DNA of 64,000 nucleotides from Labilithrix sp. (GCA_044226145.1 JBGAHN010000003.1:22536-86535); one strand, 5' to 3'; positions 35,665 to 46,183 are shown, counted from the stretch's first letter. The notes: generated from the letters alone by a model not told the origin. Program-made: numbers and translations.

Positions 35665-37857
35665 TCACGACGACGACGCGATTCCCCCGCGGACGAGCGC
35701 GGCGCGGAGCTTCTCCACGCGCTCCTTCGAGGCTCGATCGATGTCCGAAATCTCCTTGTTCAAGGCCGATTTCCGAGTTTCGCCGGAGAGCATCCGCGCG
35801 ACGAGGGGTTGGGACGCCGCGCCGCGATCGCGCACGACCTCGGCGTCTTCGCGCAAGCGGCGGAGCTCGTCGTCCACGGCGCCGAGCTCTTCGGTGAGGG
35901 CGCGTCGTCGATCCTTCGCCGCCTCGGCCTCGCGAACCAACGGGAGCGCCGACGTGAAGGCCGCCTTCGTCGCCGCATCCAGCGAGGGATGGCGGGACAT
36001 CTCTTCGAGCGCCTTCGTCGAGAGACCGGCGAGCGGCACGTTCCGCGCGATGCCTTCTTCGACGACGACGCGGCGCTCGAGCGTCTGCTTCGGACCGACC
36101 TGGAACGTCGCGATCGGCGCGTTCGACGCCGTGTCGAAGTCCAAGCCGTCGGCGCCCGTCACGGCCCCGTTTCGGTCGACGTGCAAACGAACGGCGAACG
36201 TTCGACCGGAATGGCCGCGATTTTCGAGGGTCCAGGTGGACGTGGTGGTTCGTCGGTAGTGCGCTTCGAGCGCGTCGCCGACGACGCGGGCGCGTTCGAG
36301 CTGCTCTTTCCGATCGACGCGCGCCTCTCGCGCATCGGCGTCGAGATCGGCGCCGAACGTCACGAACGCGCGCGTCCCCGGGAGCATGCGATCGATGGCG
36401 GCCTCGCCCGCGAAGCGACCGCCGAGGAAGAACGCCATCGTCCCAGGGGGCAGCGTTTGTGTGGTCGAGTTGACGAAGCGCACGCTTTGCCTCGCCGGGG
36501 ATCCGGCCTCGCCGATCCACGCCATCGGCTCGGCCACCACGGGTTGCTGCAAGAACGGAACGAGCTCCGATGCGTGCGCGTGGAGCGCGAGCGGGCGTGG
36601 GACGCGGTAGACGAAGAAGACCCCTTGCTCTTGGCCCGTCGCTTCGGCCACCGCCGCGAGGTTTCCGATGCTGAGGAGCGAGCTCGAGCCTTCGCCCGTG
36701 CCGGCCCCCGCGCCGTGTCCGACGGTGCCGATGCGCCCGAGGCCGATGCCATAGCCGCCGCCACCTTCGCCGATCCCGGAGAGCCCCAACCCGCCGACGT
36801 CGTCGCCCGAGCCGCTCCACATCGAGTCCACCGTGCGATCGACGAGCTGCGGGACCGTCGACAGCTCGTGCTCCGGCGTGACGAGCTCGCGGCGCGCATA
36901 GCGAGGGGCCGCGAGGGGAAAGAGGAAGGAGTCGGGCCGCCCGTTGACCAGCTCGACGCGCACGTCCTGCCAGTCCTCGTCGGTGTCGTTGTGGACGAGC
37001 ACCCATCCTTGGAGCACGGCGTGCGATGCGTCGTCCACGACGACCCGATAGTTCGTTCGCCACACGGGCGTCTCGGCGACGTAGCCGAGCGTGACCGGCG
37101 TGCGCGCGGCGCCGAAGACATGAAGTCGATGCTGGCTCGCCGGCCCGCGCGCGAGGAGGGCGTCCAGCGCGGCGTCGAGGCGCTTGGCTTGCGAGGGATC
37201 GGTCGGACGAACGGCGCGCACATCCCCTGCCTCGACGCGAACGATGCGCGAATCGGCGTCCACCAGCGTCAGCCGCAACGGCGAGGCGGGTGACGGCGAG
37301 GCGGGCGACCGGGAGGCCGGCGACTGCGAGGTGGGCGACGGCGAGGCCGGCACGCTCTCGACGTGCACCAACTTCCCGACGATCGCGCCCGACGACGTCT
37401 CGACGGACACCGTCGCGCCGACGAGGCTCGTCACGAGCGACGCGTACGTGACGGGCTCGTCGTCCGAAGAAAACCCCGCCAACGTCCTCGCCATTTCGCG
37501 GCTCAAGCGGCTGCCGAACGCGACGCCGTCGACGCGGACGTCTCCGTTCGGGCCGAGGACGACGAGCGACTTCAGCGCGTCGTCGAGGTGGCCGGAGGGC
37601 AAGACGAGCGACGCATCGCCGCCTTCGGGGAGCGGCCCCGTTCGTTCGAAATACCCCACGCCCGTCTCGTAGAGGCGGAGCATGCGGAGCGGCATGGTCG
37701 GAGTTGCCACGCGAGACGTCGACCGCTCCGCGCAGCCCGAGAGCCACAGCCCCAGCACGACGACGGAGGTGACGCGTGCGACCCCGAGCGGCTTCGAAAC
37801 GCGCAGGTTTTTTCTCACGGAAACGACGGACAGCGGCCGCGGTCGAAAGTTTCGCAC
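35665..37857 (-). CDS. DUF4139/DUF4140-type lipoprotein
   Basis: Lipobox LSGC; RLYETGVGYFER, LDDALKSL, VAETPVWRTNYRV, LQGWVLVHNDTDEDW, LVNGRP; start uncertain. Confidence 0.82.
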   Translation of the reverse strand: MRNFRPRPLSVVSVRKNLRVSKPLGVARVTSVVVLGLWLSGCAERSTSRVATPTMPLRMLRLYETGVGYFERTGPLPEGGDASLVLPSGHLDDALKSLVVLGPNGDVRVDGVAFGSRLSREMARTLAGFSSDDEPVTYASLVTSLVGATVSVETSSGAIVGKLVHVESVPASPSPTSQSPASRSPASPSPASPLRLTLVDADSRIVRVEAGDVRAVRPTDPSQAKRLDAALDALLARGPASQHRLHVFGAARTPVTLGYVAETPVWRTNYRVVVDDASHAVLQGWVLVHNDTDEDWQDVRVELVNGRPDSFLFPLAAPRYARRELVTPEHELSTVPQLVDRTVDSMWSGSGDDVGGLGLSGIGEGGGGYGIGLGRIGTVGHGAGAGTGEGSSSLLSIGNLAAVAEATGQEQGVFFVYRVPRPLALHAHASELVPFLQQPVVAEPMAWIGEAGSPARQSVRFVNSTTQTLPPGTMAFFLGGRFAGEAAIDRMLPGTRAFVTFGADLDADAREARVDRKEQLERARVVGDALEAHYRRTTTSTWTLENRGHSGRTFAVRLHVDRNGAVTGADGLDFDTASNAPIATFQVGPKQTLERRVVVEEGIARNVPLAGLSTKALEEMSRHPSLDAATKAAFTSALPLVREAEAAKDRRRALTEELGAVDDELRRLREDAEVVRDRGAASQPLVARMLSGETRKSALNKEISDIDRASKERVEKLRAALVRGGIASSS
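37280..37351. repeat. Degenerate 15-bp tandem repeat (~5 copies) encoding an SPxSP linker
   Basis: ggcgaggcgggtgac / ggcgaggcgggcgac / cgggaggccggcgac / tgcgaggtgggcgac / ggcgaggccggc. Confidence 0.8.
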
Positions 37858-37891
37858 CCGACGTCGAAAGCTTTGCTAACTCGTGGGAGCG

Positions 37892-39346
37892 ATGTCCAAA
37901 CCGCGGCTCCGATTCGCTCCTTCCCCCACGGGCTACCTCCACATCGGCGGCGTGCGCACGGCGCTGTTCAATTGGCTCTGGGCGCGCAAGACCGGCGGCA
38001 CGTTCGTCCTCCGCATCGAAGACACGGACCAGGAGCGCTCCACGGACGCGAGCCGCGCCGTCATCCTCGATTCGCTCGGTTGGCTCGGGCTGAATTGGGA
38101 CGAGGGGCCTCACGCGGCGGATCCGAACGGACCCGAGACGGGCGCCTTCGGACCGTACACGCAGATGAAGCGGCTCGACATCTACCGCGCGCACGCCGAG
38201 CAGCTCGTCCGCGAAGGTAAAGCTTACCGCTGCTACTGCACGAAAGAGGAGCTCGACGCGCAGCGCGAAGCGCTCAAGCAGAAGGATCCCAAAGCGCAGT
38301 TCAAATATCCGGGCACGTGCCGCGATCGCAAGGACGAGCCGAACCTGCCGTTCGTCATCCGCTTCAAGGTCGATCGGACGGGATCGGTCACGTACACCGA
38401 CAAGGTGTTCGGCGAGATCACGACGCCCAACGTCGAGCAGCAAGACTTCGTCATCGTGCGCAAGGACGGCGTGCCGCTCTACAACTTCGGCGTCGTCGTC
38501 GACGACGTCACGATGGGCATCACGCTCGTGGCGCGCGGGCGCGACCACATGATCAACACGCCGCCGCAGATCCTCATCTACCGCGCGCTCGGCGCGAACG
38601 TCCCCGAGTTCGCGCACCTGCCCATGATGCTCGCGCAGAGCGGCGAGAAGCTCTCGAAACGGCACGGCGCCGTGAGCGTCACCGAGTACCGGGACAACGG
38701 GTACGCGCCCGACGCGGTCCTCAACTACCTCGCGCGGTTCGGGTGGTCGTACGGCGACCAGGAGATTTTCTCGAAGGACGATCTCGTCGCGGCGTTCGAT
38801 TGGGCGAACTGCGGGCGGGGCGACGGCAAGTTCGACCCGAAGAAGTTCCTCGCGATCAACCACGAGCACCTCAAGACGCCGCGCCTCGTGCCCGACGCGG
38901 TCTACGCCGAGCGCACGCTGCCGTTCGTCCACCAGCGCGGGCTCGCCCACGTCACGGCGGCCGACGTCGAACGTGCACTCTACATGATTCGTGAGCGGGC
39001 GCAGACCTTCGTGCAAGCGGCGGACATGCTCGACCCGTTCTTCCGCGAGCCGCCGGTCGTCGACGAGAAGGCCGCGGCCAAATTCCTGACCGCCGACGCC
39101 GCGCCGAACCTGCGCGGGCTTCGTGACGCGCTCGCGAAGGTCACGTCGTGGACGGAGGCCGACCTCGAGAAGGCGACGCACGATTGGATCACCGCGGCGG
39201 GGCTCGAGATGAAGGCGATTGGCCAGCCCGTGCGCGTGGCGCTGACCGGACGCACCGCGAGCCCCGGCCTCTACCAGGTCCTGTTCGTCCTCGGCCGCGA
39301 TGTGTCGCTCGCACGCCTCGACCGGGCCGCCGAGCTGACATCGTGA
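37892..39346 (+). CDS. gltX: Glutamate--tRNA ligase
   Basis: RFAPSPTGYLHIGG, LRIEDTD, YRCYCT, RGRDH, KLSKR, C-terminal anticodon-binding domain; start 37892 (or GTG 37883). Confidence 0.96.
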   Translation: MSKPRLRFAPSPTGYLHIGGVRTALFNWLWARKTGGTFVLRIEDTDQERSTDASRAVILDSLGWLGLNWDEGPHAADPNGPETGAFGPYTQMKRLDIYRAHAEQLVREGKAYRCYCTKEELDAQREALKQKDPKAQFKYPGTCRDRKDEPNLPFVIRFKVDRTGSVTYTDKVFGEITTPNVEQQDFVIVRKDGVPLYNFGVVVDDVTMGITLVARGRDHMINTPPQILIYRALGANVPEFAHLPMMLAQSGEKLSKRHGAVSVTEYRDNGYAPDAVLNYLARFGWSYGDQEIFSKDDLVAAFDWANCGRGDGKFDPKKFLAINHEHLKTPRLVPDAVYAERTLPFVHQRGLAHVTAADVERALYMIRERAQTFVQAADMLDPFFREPPVVDEKAAAKFLTADAAPNLRGLRDALAKVTSWTEADLEKATHDWITAAGLEMKAIGQPVRVALTGRTASPGLYQVLFVLGRDVSLARLDRAAELTS

Positions 39347-40425
39347 TCTCGTACCTCCCGACCGACCGCACCGCGGAGCTCACCGGCCTCGCGAAGTTCG
39401 TCGAGACGATCAAGCCCGTCCTGCCGATCCCGGCGCTGCTCGCCGTCTTGCCGATCATCTGGCTGATGTTCCGCAAGACGTGGCGCGAGCTCGACGAAGA
39501 CGCCCACGAGGCGCGCGGCAAGATCCTCGCGTCGGGGAAGATCGATCTCCGGCCCGCCGTCGCCCTCGTGCTCGTCGCCGTGATCCTGACGATGCAGGAG
39601 TATTACGGCGGGCGCACCTTCTTCAACCAGGCGATCTATCCGATCCTCGCGCGCATCGAGCCCGAGCACCCGGGGCTTCGGCTCCTCCGCTACGACGAGC
39701 TCTGGGGCTTCGTGTGGTGGTCGGGCACGCGCGTGCTCGGCTACGTCTTCCCGTTCCTCGTCTGGAAGTTCTTCTTCCGACGCGACAGCCTGCTCGATTT
39801 CGGCCTACGAACGCGCGGCTTCTTCGACCACGCGTGGATTTACGGCTTGTTCCTCGCCGTCGTCTTGCCGGCGATGCTCGTCGTCGCGCGCAGCCCGGAT
39901 TTCGGCGCCTATTATCCCTTTTACAAGAACGCGTCGCGGAGCTGGTTCGATTTCCTGGCGTGGGAATCGATGTATTTTGCACAGTTCTTCGCGCTGGAGA
40001 TGTTCTTCCGCGGCTTCTGGCTCGGCGCGCTCCGCAAGAGCTTCGGCTCGGGCGCGATCTTCGCGATGGCCGTGCCGTACTGCATGATCCACTACGGCAA
40101 GCCGTACCTCGAGGCTTGCGGCGCCATCATCGCGGGCATCGCGCTCGGCTCGCTCTCGATGAAGACGAAGAGCATCTACCAGGGCTTCCTCGTCCACGTC
40201 ACGGTGGCGGCGCTGATGGATTGGCTCTCGCTCCGCCACCGCCACTGCACGCCCCTCGTGTTCTGGCCGCCCGAGTCCCCGTCGACGTGCGCGTCGCAGA
40301 CGGCGCTCCGCGATCAGCTCGCCTCCCGCGTCGAGCTCGTGGCGACGAGCATCTTCGCGACCCTGCTCGTCGTGGGCATCGTCTTCTTCCTGCGCGCCCG
40401 CCGAAGGCGGCTACGGGCGAGTTGA
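39343..40425 (+). CDS. CPBP (Abi/Rce1-like) intramembrane glutamic endopeptidase
   Basis: GTGA overlap with gltX; LEMFFRGF, MIHYGKP, FLVH; multiple TM segments. Confidence 0.85.
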   Translation: MISYLPTDRTAELTGLAKFVETIKPVLPIPALLAVLPIIWLMFRKTWRELDEDAHEARGKILASGKIDLRPAVALVLVAVILTMQEYYGGRTFFNQAIYPILARIEPEHPGLRLLRYDELWGFVWWSGTRVLGYVFPFLVWKFFFRRDSLLDFGLRTRGFFDHAWIYGLFLAVVLPAMLVVARSPDFGAYYPFYKNASRSWFDFLAWESMYFAQFFALEMFFRGFWLGALRKSFGSGAIFAMAVPYCMIHYGKPYLEACGAIIAGIALGSLSMKTKSIYQGFLVHVTVAALMDWLSLRHRHCTPLVFWPPESPSTCASQTALRDQLASRVELVATSIFATLLVVGIVFFLRARRRRLRAS

Positions 40426-40478
40426 AAATTCGCGCGAATCTTGCGCGAGCGCGGCCGCTCTGCCACGATCGGGGGACG

Positions 40479-41246
40479 ATGCGGCGACGACTCATGCTTC
40501 TTTTGAGCCTCGCCTTGTCGTGCGCCTTGTCCTTCCCAGGCGTCGCCGCGGCCGACATCTACCAATGGACCGACGCCGAGGGCGTCCTCCATTTCACGAA
40601 CCGCCCCACGAGCACGCCGGGCGCGAAGCTCTACATGCGGAGCACGTCCCCGTCGCCCGCCGTCGGCGCCCCGATCTTCGCCCCGCAGGACCGCGACATC
40701 GCGCGCTACACCCGATACGACGAGCTCATTCGACAAGCGGCGGCCCTCTACCAGATCCCCGAGCAGCTCGTGCGCGCCGTCATTCGCGTCGAGAGCGACT
40801 ACGATCCGCGCGCCATCAGCAGCTCGGGAGCGCGCGGCCTCATGCAGCTCATGCCGACGACGGCGGAGCGCATGCAGGTGCGCGACATCCACGACCCGCG
40901 CGAGAACATCTTCGGCGGCGTGCGCTACCTCCGCGTCCTCGCGAACATGTTCAACGGCGATCTCGAGCTGACGCTCGCGGCGTACAACGCGGGCGAAGGC
41001 GCCGTCATGCAATACGGAGGCATCCCGCCGTTCCAGCAAACGCGCGACTACGTCGTCAAGGTCAGCTCGTATTACCGGCGTTATCGGACGATCGCCGACG
41101 CCGTCGAGGCGAGCACCGGCCTCTCGGCCACGCAAGCCGCGGCCGTCACCTTCGCTGCCGCCGTGCCCGGAGCGGCCGCCATCGCCGGAGCGGCCGCCGT
41201 CGCATCCGACGCGAAAGCGGCCGTCCGGAACGCCTCCACGCCGTAG
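40479..41246 (+). CDS. Lytic transglycosylase (DUF4124 + SLT domain)
   Basis: Signal peptide; DIYQWTDAEGVLHFTN; VESDYDPRAISSSGARGLMQLMP; AAYNAG. Confidence 0.92.
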   Translation: MRRRLMLLLSLALSCALSFPGVAAADIYQWTDAEGVLHFTNRPTSTPGAKLYMRSTSPSPAVGAPIFAPQDRDIARYTRYDELIRQAAALYQIPEQLVRAVIRVESDYDPRAISSSGARGLMQLMPTTAERMQVRDIHDPRENIFGGVRYLRVLANMFNGDLELTLAAYNAGEGAVMQYGGIPPFQQTRDYVVKVSSYYRRYRTIADAVEASTGLSATQAAAVTFAAAVPGAAAIAGAAAVASDAKAAVRNASTP

Positions 41247-41300
41247 CCGTCTCGGGTCCGCGCGGCTCGTGCTACGAAGGCGAAGGAACAGGGCACGATC

Positions 41301-43205
41301 ATGAGGCTCATTCGCATCGCCGTCGCGAGCATCAACACGACCGTGGGGGCCGTCCGCTCCAACGTCGACCGCGCCATCGCCGTCGCCCGACGCGCCGCGG
41401 ACGACGGGGCCACGCTCGTCGCTTTCCCCGAGCAGCTCGTCGCCGGCTATTCGCCCGAAGATCTCGTCCAGTGGCGCGCGTTCGTCGACGCGCAATGGAA
41501 CGAGCTCGAACGCTTCGCGCGGGAGACGTCGACCTCGACGGCCGTCTTCGCCCTCGGCCTCACCGTCGCGCGCGGACCGCACGTCTACAACTGCGCGGCG
41601 CTCGTGCACGGCGGGAAGATCCTCGGGCTCGTGCCGAAGGAGAAGCTGCCGACGTACAACGTCTTCTACGAGGCCCGCGTCTACGCGCGCGGCGCGGCCG
41701 GCCTCTACGACGAGGTGCACGGCGTCCCCTTCGGCGATCTGATCTTCGACTTCGACTTCGGCACGGTGGCCCTCGAGGTCTGCGAAGATCTCTGGTCGCC
41801 CGACGGGCCGATGCGCCGCCGCTCGTACGCCGGCGCCGAAATCATCGTCAATTTGTCCGCGTCGCCGTTCCGCCTCGGCGTCGTCGCGACGCGGCGCGAG
41901 ATGCTGGCGACGCGCGCGGGCGACAACCAGGTCACGATCGCGTACGCGAACCTCGTCGGCGCCAACGACGGGCTCGTGTTCGACGGCGGCGGCTACGTCG
42001 CGCAGAACGGTCGGCTCGTGCTCGACGCGCCGCGGTTCGCCGAGGGCTTCGCGGCGGTCAACGTCGACCTCGACCGGACGCGGCGCCTCCGCACCGAGAA
42101 CACGACGTGGCGCGCCGACCAGGAGGCCTTCGCGACGACGTCACCCCGCATCGTGCGGATTCGGTCGACCGCGAGCACCGCGGGAACGCGATCGCTCGCC
42201 TACCCCGTCCCGGAGAACCGGAGCTTCTTCCTCCCCGGACCGGGGCGCGCGCTCACGACGCGCGAGGAGTTCTGCGAGGATCTGCTCGACGCGCTCGCGC
42301 TCGGCATCGGCGACTACTTCGAGAAGACCGGCGCGTTCGCGACGATCGGCGTCGCGCTCTCGGGCGGTCGCGACAGCCTCCTCTGCCTCTACCTGGCCAG
42401 GCGTTGGATCCACCGGCGCTTCGGTCACCTCGGCAAGACCGCGGAGGCCGACAAGGCCCGCGAGATCCTCCGCGGCTTCTTCATGCCGTCGCGTCACTCG
42501 TCGAACGAGACGCGCATCGCCGCCGAGCAGACGGCCAAGGACTTCGACGTGCCGTTCGTCGTCGTCCCGATCGACGAGGGCGCGGATCGCGAGCTCGAGG
42601 CCGTCGCGACGATGCTCCAACCCGGCGAAGCGCTGACGCCCATGGCCAAGCAGAACGTGCAAGCACGCGTCCGCGCCGAGCGCATGTGGACATGGACGAA
42701 TTGCGCGCGCGGATTGTTCCTGCAAACGAGCAACATGAGCGAGAAGGCCGTCGGCTACACGACGATCGGCGGCGACATGGAGGGCGCGCTCAGTGTCATC
42801 GCGAACGTCCCGAAGACCGTCGTGAACGCGCTGCTCGACTACCTGCTCGAGAAAGAGGGCTACGAGGGCATCCGGCGCACGCTCGAAAAACCCGCGTCCG
42901 CCGAGCTCGCCGAAGACCAAGAAGACGAACGCGAGCTCATGCCGTTCGTCGTCCTCGACGCGTGTTTCGCGCTCTACGCCGGCGAGAAAATGGCGCCGCG
43001 CGAGGTCCACGAGGTCTTGCTCACGATGTTCCCCGAGTACGATCCGGCGTCGATCGAGGAATGGTCGGCGCGGTTCGCTCGTCTCTTCACGCAGTCGATC
43101 TACAAGTGGGTGCAGACGCCGCTGTGCTTGCACGTCGGCAACCTCGATCTCGATCGCGAGCGCGCGTTGCAGCTCCCGGTCGTCCAAAAGAGCGAGTGGG
43201 GCTGA
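41301..43205 (+). CDS. nadE: Glutamine-dependent NAD+ synthetase
   Basis: Nitrilase domain (FPEQ, KEKLPTY, EVCEDLW) + NAD synthase (LSGGRDS, QNVQARVR, GYTTIGGD). Confidence 0.94.
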   Translation: MRLIRIAVASINTTVGAVRSNVDRAIAVARRAADDGATLVAFPEQLVAGYSPEDLVQWRAFVDAQWNELERFARETSTSTAVFALGLTVARGPHVYNCAALVHGGKILGLVPKEKLPTYNVFYEARVYARGAAGLYDEVHGVPFGDLIFDFDFGTVALEVCEDLWSPDGPMRRRSYAGAEIIVNLSASPFRLGVVATRREMLATRAGDNQVTIAYANLVGANDGLVFDGGGYVAQNGRLVLDAPRFAEGFAAVNVDLDRTRRLRTENTTWRADQEAFATTSPRIVRIRSTASTAGTRSLAYPVPENRSFFLPGPGRALTTREEFCEDLLDALALGIGDYFEKTGAFATIGVALSGGRDSLLCLYLARRWIHRRFGHLGKTAEADKAREILRGFFMPSRHSSNETRIAAEQTAKDFDVPFVVVPIDEGADRELEAVATMLQPGEALTPMAKQNVQARVRAERMWTWTNCARGLFLQTSNMSEKAVGYTTIGGDMEGALSVIANVPKTVVNALLDYLLEKEGYEGIRRTLEKPASAELAEDQEDERELMPFVVLDACFALYAGEKMAPREVHEVLLTMFPEYDPASIEEWSARFARLFTQSIYKWVQTPLCLHVGNLDLDRERALQLPVVQKSEWG

Positions 43206-43287
43206 TCGGCGGCGAACGACGGCCGACACCGCCGCGAAAGGCAACGAACTTTCACCGCACGGGCGGTCGTGCCAGAATGGATCGGTC

Positions 43288-44658
43288 GTGCGGTTCAGCG
43301 AAGCTTCTCCCTGGTTTTACGCCGTGATCGGCGTCGCCGCCCTCGCGGGTGCGGTGGCGGCCGCCGGCTGCGGAGAAGCCGTCCCGAGCGCGAACGCGTC
43401 GTCCACGCGCCCGTCGAAGGTCGCGAAATCCAACAAGCGCGCCGCGACACGCGAGCCCGTCGCCGCGGAGGCCGCCGAAGTCCTCGCCATCAAGCCGTCG
43501 AACGTGGTCGGTGCCCTCGAGCGGCCGCACGCGCTCCGGCGCTTCTTCGACGCGCTCGACAAAGTCGAGGGAGGCCGCGCGGTCGACGACGTCCGCATCG
43601 TGCAGTTCGGTGACTCGCACACGGCCGCGGACATCCAGACGGGCATCACGCGGCGCGCGCTCCAAGCGAAATTCGGCGACGGCGGGCGCGGGTTCGTCGC
43701 CGTCGGCAAGCCGTGGAAGGGCTACGTGCAAGAGGGTGTCCGCTGCGGCATGTCCTCCGAGTTCTCGCCCGAGCGCGGTCGCCTCGAACGCGGGAGCTTC
43801 TCGGGCGACGGGCTCTACGGCCTCTCGGGCATCGCGCTCGACACCGGCGTCCGCAACGCGCGCGCGTGGGCCGACATCGCGCCCGGTACGCACCGCGCGG
43901 AAATCGACTACCTCGAGCGCCCCGGCGGCGGCTCGTTCGACGTCTTCGTCGACGGCATCCGGGTCGTCCGCGTCGCGACGCGCGGCGAGTGGACGGCCTC
44001 GGCGTACCGCTCGTTCGAGCTCGAAGCCGGCAGCGCGCACCAGCTCGAGGTTCGCAGCGTCGGCGACGGCGCCGTGCGCGTCTTCGGCGTGTCGCTCGAT
44101 CGGCAAACGCACGGCGTCGTCTACGACGCGCTCGGCATCAACGGCGCTCGCATCTCGACCTGCCTCCAATGGAACGAGGCGCACTTCGACGAGCAGCTCC
44201 GCCATCGGGATCCGGCGCTCGTCGTCCTCGCCTACGGCACGAATGAATCGACCGACGAATCGACGCCGAGCGACGTGTACGAACGGCAGCTCGTCGACAT
44301 GCTCGGTCGCGTCGCGCGCGCCGTCCCATCCGCGTCGTGCCTGCTCCTGGGGCCGCCCGATCGCGCGGTTCGCTCCGGCGATCGCGGGTGGACCACGTCG
44401 ACGAAGCTCCTCGAGATCATCGCCTCGCAACGGCGCGTCGCCGAGGCGGCCGGATGTGCATTCTACAACCAACTCGAGGCCATGGGCGGCGCCGGCACGG
44501 TCGCCACGTGGGCCGCGGAGGATCCGCCGCGCGCCCGTCCGGATCGCGTGCATCTTACACGCGAAGGCTACGCGGAGCTCGGCAGCACGTTCGCCGCGGA
44601 TCTGCTGCGCGCATACGAGAGCCACCGCCGCGAACGCGGGTCGACCGCAAAGCCTTAG
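43288..44658 (+). CDS. SGNH/GDSL hydrolase-fold lipoprotein (PatB-like O-acetyltransferase)
   Basis: AAGC lipobox; QFGDSHT, GING, YGTNE, DRVH catalytic blocks. Confidence 0.85.
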   Translation: MRFSEASPWFYAVIGVAALAGAVAAAGCGEAVPSANASSTRPSKVAKSNKRAATREPVAAEAAEVLAIKPSNVVGALERPHALRRFFDALDKVEGGRAVDDVRIVQFGDSHTAADIQTGITRRALQAKFGDGGRGFVAVGKPWKGYVQEGVRCGMSSEFSPERGRLERGSFSGDGLYGLSGIALDTGVRNARAWADIAPGTHRAEIDYLERPGGGSFDVFVDGIRVVRVATRGEWTASAYRSFELEAGSAHQLEVRSVGDGAVRVFGVSLDRQTHGVVYDALGINGARISTCLQWNEAHFDEQLRHRDPALVVLAYGTNESTDESTPSDVYERQLVDMLGRVARAVPSASCLLLGPPDRAVRSGDRGWTTSTKLLEIIASQRRVAEAAGCAFYNQLEAMGGAGTVATWAAEDPPRARPDRVHLTREGYAELGSTFAADLLRAYESHRRERGSTAKP

Positions 44659-44679
44659 CCTCGCTCGACGACGGAGATC

Positions 44680-46125
44680 CTAGTTCGCCTTCGGCGCGTC
44701 CGGGTGCGCCGCGCGCCACGCCTCGAAGCCCGACGCGAGCGACTTGTAGAACAGGTCACCGACGATCTCCGCGCCCGCGGGCGTCGGGTGCGTGAGATCG
44801 CCGCCGCAGAGGCCCTTCTTCGCCCACTTCGCCATCGTGCCGTTGCCGCCCATGGCCTCGAACGTGTCGAAGAACGCCACCTTCGTCGCGAGCGCCACGC
44901 TCCGTTGCGCGGCGACGAGCTTCTCGATGACGGGCTTCGTCCGCAGCGCGCCGTTCTCGGACGTCTCCGCGCGGTCGAGCGGCGACGCGACGAGGATCGA
45001 CGCCTCGGGCGCCGCCGCGCGCACCTTCTCGACGACCGCGGTGAGCGTCTTCTCGTAGCTCGCCGGCACGCCGAGCGCCTCGCTCTCGTTCGTCCCGAAC
45101 TGCAAGATCACGAGCGACGGCCGACGGAGCTCGAACTGCTCCGCCCAGTGCTTGCCGTCGATGCCGTTCAAGAGCTCCGCGCGCGCGCCGTTGATGCCGA
45201 TCGCGTCGTAGACGACGCCGGGCCGGTCGCGCTCGAGCACGACGCCGAACATCCTCGGATTGCCCGACACGACGCGGAGAAAGAGCTTCGCCTCGCCGTC
45301 CGGCACCTCGATGGACTTCACGCGCGACGCCTTCGTGCTCCCTTTCGTCGAGAAGCGCTCGGTGTGATCGCCCACGCGCGCGTCCACGTCTCCCCCGCCC
45401 TCCGTCTCGAGGTAATAGACGTCGAACCGCGAGACGTTCTTGCCGTGCGTGTTGGCTCCCGCCGACGTGCCGAAGTGCGCCGTCGCGCCGACCGTCCCCT
45501 TGAAGCTCACGCCGCCGAAGCCGTACATGCCGTCGTTCGTGAGTGGCCCGGTGATGCGGCTCGAGGTCCAGCCGTCGCTCGCGCCGTGCGTGACGTCGTT
45601 GTGGAAATACCACTCCCACGGGTTCGCCAAGAGCAGGAACCCGTGCCCGGCGTCGCCGAACTCCGCCTGCATCTTGCGGCGCATCGTGCCCGAGATGTAG
45701 TCGCTCGTGAGCACGCTATCGCCGTAGTGGAGAATGCGCGTCACCGCCCCGGGCTGTTGCGCCGCCGTCTTCGCGAGCTCGGCATAGAAGGCGTCGAGCG
45801 CGTGCCCCGTCGGATCTTCGATGGCGATGGATCCGAGGTTCTTCGCGAGCGCCTCGGCCGAGACCGGCTCGCTGCCCTTCGACGGCTCGTCGGGCAGCGC
45901 GTTCGTCACCGAGCCCTTGTTTTCGGACGCCTTGAGCGCCGTCTCCCCTTGTTCGAGCGGCGTGCTCGCCTTCTCCTCGACCGGCGGCACGTCGACGGCC
46001 GCGCTGTCCCACGGCGCCCGGACGATGCGGAAACGCGCGAGCCGCGGCGACAGGTACGGCACGGCCAGCAGGCCGAGCATGACCGCGAACGCCGCGGTCG
46101 TCTTTCCCCCGAGAGGATGGCTCAC
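44680..46125 (-). CDS. SGNH/GDSL hydrolase-fold protein (PatB-like)
   Basis: N-terminal TM; HYGDS, GING, FGTNE, DLTHP. Confidence 0.85.
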   Translation of the reverse strand: MSHPLGGKTTAAFAVMLGLLAVPYLSPRLARFRIVRAPWDSAAVDVPPVEEKASTPLEQGETALKASENKGSVTNALPDEPSKGSEPVSAEALAKNLGSIAIEDPTGHALDAFYAELAKTAAQQPGAVTRILHYGDSVLTSDYISGTMRRKMQAEFGDAGHGFLLLANPWEWYFHNDVTHGASDGWTSSRITGPLTNDGMYGFGGVSFKGTVGATAHFGTSAGANTHGKNVSRFDVYYLETEGGGDVDARVGDHTERFSTKGSTKASRVKSIEVPDGEAKLFLRVVSGNPRMFGVVLERDRPGVVYDAIGINGARAELLNGIDGKHWAEQFELRRPSLVILQFGTNESEALGVPASYEKTLTAVVEKVRAAAPEASILVASPLDRAETSENGALRTKPVIEKLVAAQRSVALATKVAFFDTFEAMGGNGTMAKWAKKGLCGGDLTHPTPAGAEIVGDLFYKSLASGFEAWRAAHPDAPKAN

Positions 46126-46134
46126 GCGCCCAAG

Positions 46135-46163
46135 GCTTTAGCGGCAAGCCGCACGTCTATCAA
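46135..46163 (-). promoter_or_regulatory. Putative sigma70 promoter (TTGATA-17-TAAAGC), 9 nt before GTG 46125
   Basis: Exact 17-nt spacing in an AT-rich divergent gap; a TATAAG at 46165-46170 may serve the opposite MBOAT gene. Confidence 0.45.
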
Positions 46164-46183
46164 CTATAAGGAAGCGCCGCCCC

